From Podarcis gaigeae (Eukaryota): a DNA stretch of 64,000 nucleotides. Under the pieces are notes generated by a model. The model ran no database searches, had not been told where the DNA came from, and saw only the letters and a program-made list of their open reading frames with translations. Made by a program: the position numbers and the translations under genes. The DNA is taken from the NCBI GenBank assembly GCA_964106915.2, contig OZ066917.1; one strand, 5' to 3'. How positions within the stretch are numbered: position 1 is the stretch's first letter; each line of letters begins with the position of its first letter. This document shows positions 1-11,000 of this stretch, in pieces.

Positions 1-149
1 CCCTCCACACCTCCTACAGGAGGTCACACAGAGTAGGGTCTGGGTTGCTTCATGTGGGGAGAAGAGGCCCTTGAGGAACTGGGCTGCTGAGCCACATAGG
101 TCAAAGCCACATAGGTCAAAACCAGCACACACCACCCTCTGAAAACAAC

Positions 150-800
150 CATCCAAGTCAGATTGGTAGTGGTGCTACCTAACCCCAGCTCAGACAGTCA
201 TTCCAGAAGCATAGAATGACCAATGGTGTCAAAAGCCCTTGAGAAATAAATTAGCGGCAACAGGAACACACTCTTCTGTCTCTCTCCTAACAAGGTCACC
301 CAAAGCAAGCCTACATCCCAACTGAAATGGAACTAAAAGATTGGTTTCACCCAAGACCTGTCCTGCAACCCCACAAGAACCTTGCCCAAGAAGGAAACAT
401 TAGTGACCGACCAATTTCTATTTAGATTTTCTGAATCCACAGAGTGTTTCTTAAGGAGCGGTCTTAACACTATCTCCTTTTGACAGGTGGGGGGCCCACC
501 CTCTCTTGCAAGGAGGCTTTAATCACCTCTCTGATGTGGTCAACCCTGCTGTTTTAAAAAACCATGAGCATCAAGGGAGAAGAGCAGAAGTAGTTGCCCA
601 AACCAAGTCAAGCACCTTGTCCATGTCCATAAGTCTTGCTAACTGAAACTCATCCAACACAACAAGACTAGAAAGTGCTCCATGATGCGGTGGAGAATGA
701 AATTGTCTGTTGTGACTTTAATCACTGGACTTTTCCCATATAGAAGATGCCACATTGCCCTACCACACAAGAAGTTAAATATATCACCACTACCCGTATT
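150..800 (-). mobile_element. Degraded L2/CR1-group LINE reverse transcriptase fragment
   Basis: Broken minus-strand translation resembles RT motifs RPLLKK, RPVSNVPFLGKVL and SAAFDTIDH; boundaries approximate. Confidence 0.75.
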
Positions 801-1882
801 TCAGTTGCCACATTGCTATCTAGCCCCTCAACACAGGCTTCAACATACTTAACTGATTCTCTTCTCTTTTTCATCAAGGAAAAGGGGTACAGCAAATCGA
901 TTGTTTCTTGATTAAGGATCAGAACAGGTAAAGTTCTGATTGACTTGTGCTTGACTAAGCTCTATAATCACCACTGGAAGCAAGTCATTCCCATCATCCC
1001 TGGGGTTTATGGGAACTGGAGTCCAGCAACATATGGAGGGCACCGGTTCCCCAGTCCACACCCCTGCTTTTGAAGATCTCACATTTTATTGCTACAGGTA
1101 GAAGTGAACAAAACCTTTCCATAAAACAAAATTAACAGAAGGATTCGTCAGGACCAATCCCCCACCCTCTTTCTCTCTCTATATATATATAGCATTTTAA
1201 GGATGGCAGCATTCTTACAAGCAATGTCTAAAAATGTAGAAAGGAAAATAAACCCAAAGACATAGGCACCTATAGAGCTGCTTTGCTAATAAGTCTGATC
1301 TCCAAACTATTTGTACATATGACTATTTTCACCTGAAGTCTGTAAGTCCCAGTGATTTACCAGCTCTAAATGCCAGTTTGTTTTTCAAATATGGGAATGC
1401 ATCACAAAATATATATTCATAACATTAAAATGCAAAGTTCAAAAGCAGCCCTGAAATGAAGCGTGTCCACACTCTCATGCTGCCAAAGCTGTGCCGGTAA
1501 TTAACCTTCCTGAAATGTAGCATATATGTTAACTTTGGCTGTGTATCGGGGTATCTATCCCCATCCCCCACTACTTACTCACGATCCCCATCCTGCAAAG
1601 CACATTAAGAACTGACTTCTTATTGAAAATGACTGGCGCCTATTCAGGCTCAGGGTTATTAACTTACAGGGGTTTATATTGTTTCTTTCCTAGCCCTGCT
1701 CACAAAATATACTAATTGCACGCTTGAATAAAGAAACAGAACAGAGAGCCTGGAGATATTTCGACATGTTGAGAAGGAACACAAAGAGAGACTCCAACCA
1801 CGTGCACAGTTAGAATTATGTGTGACACCAAGCATCTTCCACATTATAATTCAGAGTAGTGAACTTCAGAAACAATGCTTGC

Positions 1883-2020
1883 CTCGTATCCCAGTCGGGC
1901 TGCCCTTTGCAGAAGAGTTTCTCCAGCGTTCTTATTGACAATAAGCCTTCGGGCTTCTGGCGGCATGGGACGACTTGGGGGAGTCTCCTGAGGGGCACTT
2001 GCAATCTGCAGCTGTGAGGG
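1883..2020 (-). CDS. BCOR: BCOR exon 10, in-frame 3' portion ([46 protein letters not shown])
   Basis: Clear BCOR peptide in ORF 1844..2107. The 5' boundary is inferred from the acceptor ccctcattattgcctgtctcttcag| (phase 0, 138 nt). The donor is GAG|GCAAGC. Confidence 0.8.
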
Positions 2021-5000
2021 CTGAAGAGACAGGCAATAATGAGGGACTCTGCTGCTGCAGGCGATTGTACAATGCCTGCTCATGTGATTTGACTGGCGAA
2101 GAGTCACAGTCTGAAGGAGCCTCTGGTCGCTTCCAGATTCTCCTCATTAACTATGACCTGTCAAAATCATTACTGGATTCCACACCCCACCCATCCATCC
2201 TTAATAATTCATTGAAAATCCATTTTCCTTTCTCTCTCTTTTTAAAAGTGTAGTAGTGTTGGCCTCTAGATTTATACCATCTAAAAGTTTTAAGATCAAA
2301 ATCCTGAAAGAATCTGAGGAGCCCTCACAGATTTGTCCTGGAGTAAAGTGGATTGAGCACTGCAGAACAATACAATGTGTTTTAAAGTAAACAGAAAGGG
2401 CTTGGAAGGGCCACTACATAAGACAACAAGCTAAGCGTTTAAAGTGGCTGATATTAGCCAAACCTGAAATATTAGTGGGACAACTGGGTTGGAAGAAAGA
2501 TACCTTCTCCTCAGCACTTTCGAGATCAGTGACATCATCTCCTGTCAGGGATGACCTCCTTCTCCTCTCCTGCAGTGCCAAATGTTTTGTTTTACACTGA
2601 CGTTTCCCTGGTGGCTTCTCACAGTCGCCATGTTTCTGCAGCAGGGATGCAGCTTGGAAATCTTCTTCCTCGTCTGTGCACAGCACATCTGTCTTCCAGT
2701 TTTCTTTCATTTTCTGCTGCTTGGCAGCCAACCTTGAAACTGGAGTACAGCTTGGCTGGGCTTGCCTTTTGCTGTTTATATTGGTAGATGAAAGGGTCTT
2801 CATGTGCGGAGATGCTGGGAATGGAGGGATACCTAAATGGGGAGTAAAGGCATCGTACATTGCATAGTGTGTTGAAAGGAAAGAGAATACACACACACAC
2901 ACACCCCAATACATGACACATTATTTTAAAACTTTTACATTCACATTAAGCAATTCCACATTTGGACTATAAGCAATAAAAAGTAATTGTAATGGGCGGG
3001 TACATCTGCTAAGCAAAGTTTGATGTTCCGAGATCTAAGCACAGTAAACAACCACACAGTCTAGCACTGCACCATCTAAGCATCGTGGCAAAGGAGATAT
3101 GAATCAGGCCTCCTTCTCAGGGTACTTGTTTATATGGATGCAGATGAGAGAAGAGGCTTCCTTACCTGTAATGACATGCTAGCAAAGTGGGAATATACTG
3201 CTCTTTCAGGTATAGAACTGCTGAAACCTTTCCACCTCAGGAAACCCATTTTTGCTTTTTGTAGAGCAGAGTGGAGTATAAAATTCAAAGGACACAGAAA
3301 CGGTTTCCATAATCAGAAACGCTGGTTGAGTGCCCAATTCCCATTTCTGCATTTGAAAAAGTCTCCCTTTGTGCACCAAAAATGAGGAAAGCATTGGGTC
3401 TGTTTCTTGCAGCATTCTGAAAAGGGATTCATGGATCCAAACAGCAATTTCTCAGTGTTGTGTGGCTCTTAACCATTAAGCAGCTGTCTCTCCTGTTTGC
3501 TGCATTGCAAGGACCTAACTTTCAAGAGTTGCCTTTTGCAAGGATGTCATGTACACAATCCAATCAGAAACAGGATATATTGACCCTAAGTGAACTTTTC
3601 AGCTTCTCTAAAATACCAACAATGCATTTCTCATAGCTTCAATGTTCATTCCACTTTTGTAACATTCTACTGACCATGCCTGAAGAGAGAAAAGGATTCC
3701 CTAAGACATGAAGGAAATGTAAAGAAAGCAAAGAGGTTCATGATGAGTTTGTTTACATGACAATTTTCAGGTAAGAGGAATCAGAACTAAACTTCTACAG
3801 AACCAAAAAAAGGACCAACAGAACAACTGGGATGAATAAAAATGAATGACTAACTGTGGTTTTAGAGTAAGAGCAGTATCTGAATTCACAGTGCATCAGA
3901 TCAAGGTTTCTTAAATTCTGTTTCTGTAAGATCAAGCAATGTATGAATGGAATAGAAACCAAGGGCTTGACTCATGAGTCTGATCTGTCTATCTAATGAA
4001 GGATTCTCTCTCTTGTCTTAAAAAAACTTTTAAAAAAGTGTAAGAAAGTGGTGAATCCTCTAGCTGTTGTAGACTTAGGCCTAGTTTTCACCAGGGTGAA
4101 ACTTGTGGCTGGACTTTTCAGGCAGGAAGTAGGGGCTTGCACTTCAATGTTCCTCTGTTCCAAAAATAAATAAATATCCCCATACCTGGAAAACTAGCAT
4201 GTTGCAAAGAAGGCTCATTTTCCATATGATTGCTTTCCGGGCGCAGGGAATCTTTTTGTATAGGAGAACATTCAACAATTCAGATCTCTGCTCTCAATAG
4301 CAGAATGTTCTCCCATATAAAAACAAAAAAACAAAACTCTGCCTATCACGGTCTGAAATGGTAGAGCCAAACTATGTGTTACATTAAATGCATGATTTTA
4401 TTTAATATGTTTCAGGTTTTGTTTTGATTTTAACACACAGCAGCTGCAATCTGGAGCACAGCACATGGGAAGGGCATTGACCCTTTCCCCCTGCACCATG
4501 GTCCTGATTAAAATCCCTCCCTCCTCCAGCTGCTATTTGCTCTTACAGGGAACCTGCTGTTGGTACCTATAGCAGCTCTGAGGAGTGATATTAGTCAGAA
4601 CAACAGTGCAAGGAGAAAGGGTTAAACAATAATTTAACATAACATATAATTTGACCCTCATAAGCTCTTTCCTAAAGACCTGCTCCCAGTTGGAGATGAA
4701 ATCTTATATTCCAATGTTATAGTAGGTTTCTATAGATTTTTATTGTGTATGACAGCTACATTGCTTGTCGTTATATTTAAATTGTCATTTTATTTCCTGT
4801 GAACTGGTTTTCAGTACAATCTATGTGTAGAAGATGCAGTATAGACAAAACTGACGACGACTAATTAGGAAAGAGAAGAAAGAAGTGGTAAAGCAGGCTA
4901 GGTAGAAGAACTCAGCTAGTCTGCATTTAACCACAAAGCGGAAAAGACACCTGTGCACCTTTTCTGGTATAAAGAGAATGGAACACAAGGAGACCACTTT

Positions 5001-8000
5001 CTTCCCTCCAGCTTTCCAGAGCAGGAAAAAATTAACTCAGAAGTTCAAACCTAATGGAGCAGTGAATTCCCACAAGTGGTTAAAAGACGCAGTACTCTTC
5101 ATACTGTCTTCCTTAATCTACACTCATTCATACGTGTCAAAAATTGTTATGAAATCAAAATCATTCCTGACTGGTAAAGATGAAGGGGGACTGTTATGAA
5201 GTCAAAAACTGTTAAGAATATCAAAAAGCAAAAATGACCAAAAAGAACCTACAGACAAAAATATTTTAGGTTTTTGGTATTCTCTCCCCCCCCCCACCCC
5301 CAATTTGAAGCGGGGAGGGAATCACACGACACAGACAGCACACACATCTAGGATGTGGCATTAAAACACAATTAGCACCACACACTACAGATTTGGCAAA
5401 ACAAGCATAAGTGGTTTAATAGTGGCACTTTAAGTCCTTTATATGATCATAGTAAAATTTTATATTATATATATAATATAATATAAAACTTCTACCCAAA
5501 AAACTACCGACAGCTTCTTAGCACTGGTGGCAGCATGCGTCACTAAGTAATGCTAGATTTCCCTAGTAATCTCTGCATACCTTGTTCATTGTCACTTGTT
5601 TTGAGGGACTCTTCAGACCAACTTCTATTGCTTTTGACCTCTGACCTTTTCTTGGTGTGCCTTTCTTCTGTGCAGTCTTTGACCTTTGCAGTGGCCTCTG
5701 GCTGAACAGCCTCAGCTAAATCTTTCCTGCTTTGCCGGCCCAACTTGCCGGGTGGGGATCTCTCTGGTGACACCTGCTGCTCCCACAGTTCCCTAAGATG
5801 CTGCAGGTGACGCTGCTTTTTGGGATGGAGCCCTGTTAATTCAATGCACACCTTCAGGTTGGTCACCTCATTACAATTGGGCTCTTCTAAGTGGTTAGAG
5901 GAATTGTTTGTCATTTCCCTCTCAGGCCAGTCATCTAATGGAAAAATAACTAAAAATTAATCAAAAGGCCCTCAACTTGAAACAAAAGCTATAGTTCACT
6001 TGTGGGGCAGATTGTTTCAGCTTCACCACCACACTATGCATTTTTAAAAGATTAGCTCAGGAGGGGTTTGCATGCACTACAGCAATTTGCATTGGCCAAA
6101 GATTACGTTGTCCAATGACTATTCTTGTACCTTGTAGGTACCCAAACATAATTCAGGCGAGGATTTGGGATTGGCACAACACAGGTCATAAATGGACATA
6201 GGTTAATCCAAAGAGTGTTCACTTCACAAGCCATGCCTTAAAGAGTGACCAACTTGGCCGGGTTACCTTTGGAGTTCTTCCTCTTTTTTGCTTTTGATGC
6301 AAATTCATCTTCCTGTTCCTCTACAAAGTTTTCTTTAAGGCTTCCATCGTTCTGCATTTTCTCACCAGAATGTTTACGCTTCCTGTCCTGGTGGGGGCAC
6401 AGGGCCTGGTTGACATCTTCTGCAGACTGGTCGCTGGCCTTTTCATATACGGTAAGTCTCTCCACACAACTGTCTGCTGGAGGACCTTTCTCCTCAGGAA
6501 CTTCAAAACCGTGGTCCTGGGTGCTCTCTGTATTGTGAAAATCACCTTCATTTAAAACAAAACAAAAAGGGTTACACATCACTAACTCAACGAGCATCTC
6601 ACGCAATTGCTTCCATCTCTTCAGAGCAATTGTAGCACCAAGTGCGTGCTTGTAAAGAGAATTTACAAAGTAGATGAAAAGGTTTAGACACAACTATGGA
6701 TTTTGGTAAGGATGAATATTATTACATCAAGGACCAATAGGAAAACTAGACATACACTAATATTGCTGGTATTTCACTAGGAAAAGAAGGTATGGTGCAA
6801 AATATTGATTTTCTCATGATGCAAAATAACCAGTTGTCATGAATTAATTCTAGCGGCTCCAAGTCAAATTTGCAAACCCAGGGAATGACAGACTACAGAG
6901 TGTGACAATACACCATAACCTGAACTGCTGGAAACACTTATTGCAGGGATGGGAAACCCTTTTCTGTTGAGAGTCACGTTCCCTAGAGAGTAATTAATCA
7001 GGGGCCACATACTGAGGGCCAGAGTGAAAAGTGAGAAGGGCCAATCCGATTTGCTCACACTCTCTGCTTCCCGCCCCTGCAACCTGCATGAAATTAGACT
7101 GACGCTGAAGGTGGCCCTCTCTGACCTATGACACCACCAGTATCCACGTATTCGGGGATTTAGTAGTGCAGTTAACATATTGCAATGCCACTCGTCTTCA
7201 AAAAATCTACAACTTTCTTCCTTTTTTGCAGCAGGCCTTGAAAACCTGGCTGACATTTTGTATCCTCAAGGTTATGCTTAACCTTAGTCAAGGATATATA
7301 CAATATAACAAAAACCACAGTCTTCAACCAACAGACAAACATTTCTGAACTAGACCTAAATAAATCAAAGTTGTATATCAACAATGCATAAGAAGGATCC
7401 CACGCCTTGAACCTGAAATTTTTAAAATTTTTAAACTTTTTTTCCCCCCTGTGCAATCCTGTTAAAGCTTCTTTGCCCTTCCCACATTATCTTTCTCTGT
7501 AGATAAGGACTTTTTTAAAGGATGCAGCCGGAGCCCTCTTCTCATGTATCTGCCTCTGGTCTCCTTTGTTCCCACCCTCCCGCACATTCCTCCTCTAATT
7601 TATCCCATCAATCTTATCACCCGCTTAACTTCCTCCTCTTCCATTTTGCTGCCTGCCTTATCTTCTCCTTCCATCAGCCCCATCTTAAAAGTTTGCCTGA
7701 CACCTGCTACTTCAAAAAGCAGACTGAAATGAGTTTTGAAACCCAGCAAAGGAAGATTATAAAACAGTGAGGGTTAAACTGAGCCAATTTACAGGAGCAG
7801 CTCCTTTACATTGAAACTTGATGATGTCAAAAGCACAAGAATCTGCACAATATTTAGTGTTGTTGCTATTATTGTGAGTTAGATTTACATGCAGATAAAA
7901 CTGACAGCAGATTAATAGGACTAGGTTACCCTCCTATCATAATATTTTTAGTTACATTGAAACAAGTTTTGCCTGGGACTGGTTTACAGGAAGGGTTCAA

Positions 8001-11000
8001 CATGTATTGAGATTATAGGGTGAAGAGAACAACATCATGCTCCAAACATTAGCTTTGATGAACTCATGATGACCAGCAATCTAAACAGGTGTTTCCCTTA
8101 ACACAGTTCTAGGCAGTTCTTAGTGTGAGATTATTATTTTTTTAAGGGGGTGTATATCTCAAGATACGTGACCCGGAAGTGTCTCCGGACAGCGCTGGCC
8201 CCTGGCCTCTTAAGTGAGATGGGCGTACAACCCCAGAGTCTGTCAAGACTGGCCCGTACGGGCAGGGGTACCTTTACCTTTACCTTTATATCTCAAGATG
8301 ACACACAAAATGAAACTTCCTTTTTTTAGCATGTGTGATTTTGCTGAAATATATGATCTCTTACAGATAATGAAGAAAATGAGGTATAAAAATTTGTTTG
8401 CATTAAAAAATGATGAGCAAGGCACACAACACTGGATCAAATCTACAAAACATTTGGATTTGCAAACTTGGAAAGAAGGAAAATACTACAACTTATTTTT
8501 CCTCTGGTATAAAGACTTGACTGGTGGCATTTCATAGTCTTTATTATTCGATGTTCTATTGACTGGATGCTGGAAGAAAGCATTCGCTCTAATTTTGTAC
8601 AAAGCTTCATTAGTGAATACTAGCAAGCTTCTTGCAAATATTTAGAGGATTGGGATGTTGCTAGCCCGAGAAAAGTCCATGGTTTGAAGATTATAAGTAA
8701 ATCTGAAATATGACTAGAGCAGGGGTCAGCAAACTTTTTCAGCAGGAAGCTGGGTCCACTGTCCCTCAGACCTTGGGGGGGCGGGCTATATTTGGGGGCA
8801 GGATGAACAAATTCCTATACCCCACAAATAACCCAGAGATGCATTTTAAATAAAAGGACACATTCTACTCAGGTAAAAACACGCTGATTCCTGGACTGTC
8901 CGTGGGCTGGATTTAGAAGGCAATTGGGCCGGATCCGGCCCCCGGGCCTTAGTTTGCCTGCCCATGCTCTGGAGTATTAATTCATAGTTACATAAGAATT
9001 TTGCAAACCGGGCTTAAACCAATGGACCAACCATTTAAACAAAGCATTTAAACGAAACACAAAGGCATACAACCATCAAGCACAGCTCCCATATAACCAT
9101 CATTAGTTCCAATGGGCCTTGAATAACAAGAGCTCCAGTGGACCTCAGATGGATTCCACTCCAGGCTGTTAACCTGTTTTTGACCTGAACCGTAACAAAA
9201 ATCTGCTGAATAGGTTCTCTACCATAACATGCAACCACCTTCTCATTTAGGCTGATTCACATCTCTAACCCAAATCCTAAGTCCAGTTTCTAAAACAAGT
9301 TCAGGTGTTTGGACCAACCCCTAACCCCCATTCTATCAACAGTGGATTTTTAAAAAACACATCATGCCCACATCTGTGCTACACTTGCAGTTCAGAATCA
9401 GCAGTAACAGAAGGGCCCAGAGGGAGGGGGGAGGGTTACACAGAGGGATTTGGTCAACAAACCAGTCTCTATATGAAAATGAAACAGAGCTAAAAACAAA
9501 ACAAAACCCAACTGGCTGATAGGTCCAACAGCTAAGAAGTCAAATATAGGGGGAAAGTTTCTGTTCTACCACAAGAGCCTGATAGAAGATGACTTCACTA
9601 AACTTTTTTATTAGCATTCCGTACCAGTTTGCTACCTACAGAGAATCTGTTTGGGGAGGGAGGGAGCTTTAAATCAAAGACAGTTCTTCTTACAGATAAG
9701 AAAGCACACAGGAATATCAGCCTAAAACAAGGTCATTTCCCTCCTTTAACAATCTGGGAATTCCCTACATCTAAAAATCAGGCAAAAAGGAGACCCTGAA
9801 TTTACAGAGATGGTGAAGTCAAGTAACCATCTGCTGCATGTGTGTGTTTTATGTAACTTTCCTTACAACTCCTCAGGATAAGGCCATTTCAGGTCTTTCT
9901 TGCATTCCAAATCTACCACCACAAATTGCATGCATTTTCCAGCTTCAGTCCAACCATGATAACACAGAAACTAAAATACGACCTTGCATTCCACAGCAAG
10001 AATGAAAATAGTCTACTTCAAGGACTGTTTGTTGCCCAGAGTACACTTATCATACTTGGAGCAACAAATAATTTTTAACTTTGCCTAAGTATACGTGAAG
10101 GGGATGCTGGTGGCGCTGTGGTCTAAACCACAGAGCCTAGGGCTTGCCAATCGGAAGGTCAGTGGTTTGAATCCCCACGACAGGGTGAGCTCCCGTTGTT
10201 CAGTCCCTGCTCCTGCCAACCTAGCACGTCAAAAGCACGTCAAAAAATAGGTACCACTCCGGCAGGAAGATAAACAGTGTTTTCATGCGCTGCTCTAGTT
10301 TCGCCAGAAGCAGCTTAGTCATGCTGGCCACATGACCCGGAAGCTGTCTGCGGACAAGCGCCAGCTCCCTTGGCTTATAGAGCGAGATAAGCGCTGCAAC
10401 CCCAGAGTCGTTCACGACTGGACCTAATGGCCAGGGGTACCTTTACCTTTTAAGTATATGTGAACAGGAAACAAGCAAGTTCACTTCATTATAAAAAAGA
10501 AGTCCGTTATGGTAGCAGATACGTTTCCTTTCTTCAGTTTAGTTCTGACCCGGGGAACTTCTTTAGGAAATGTTATTAGACCACCCAGACTCTAAAATTA
10601 TCCAGTGTCCTCAACCAAAAGTATATCACAATTGGCAAAAGCAAGCCTATGTTAGTCACAGCTAAGCCCAACTTAGACTACATTCCTATGGGTCTGAATT
10701 TAATGGAAGTTACTTCTCAGGGAAACTTACACCAGAGTAAATACCCTAGGACTATACACCATTCACATGCACTCTTACCTACACTGGAAATAAACGGGAC
10801 CCAAACTGCAATCCTATGACACTTACCTAGAAGTAAACCCCATTGAACTCAATTGGGTTTACTTCAGAGTATGCACTGAAAGTCACGACTTATCTATCGA
10901 ATAGGTATAATAAATATATTACCCAGGTCTAGGGATAGGGGAGAAATTTGTTTGGTTTGAAACTAATTTTCACTTCCTGAATCCATATGAAAACCAAAGC

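Noticed and set aside
6546-6693. N-terminal extension of the exon 7 ORF, and similar extensions on exons 6, 8 and 9
   Set aside because: Intronic read-through beyond clear splice sites.
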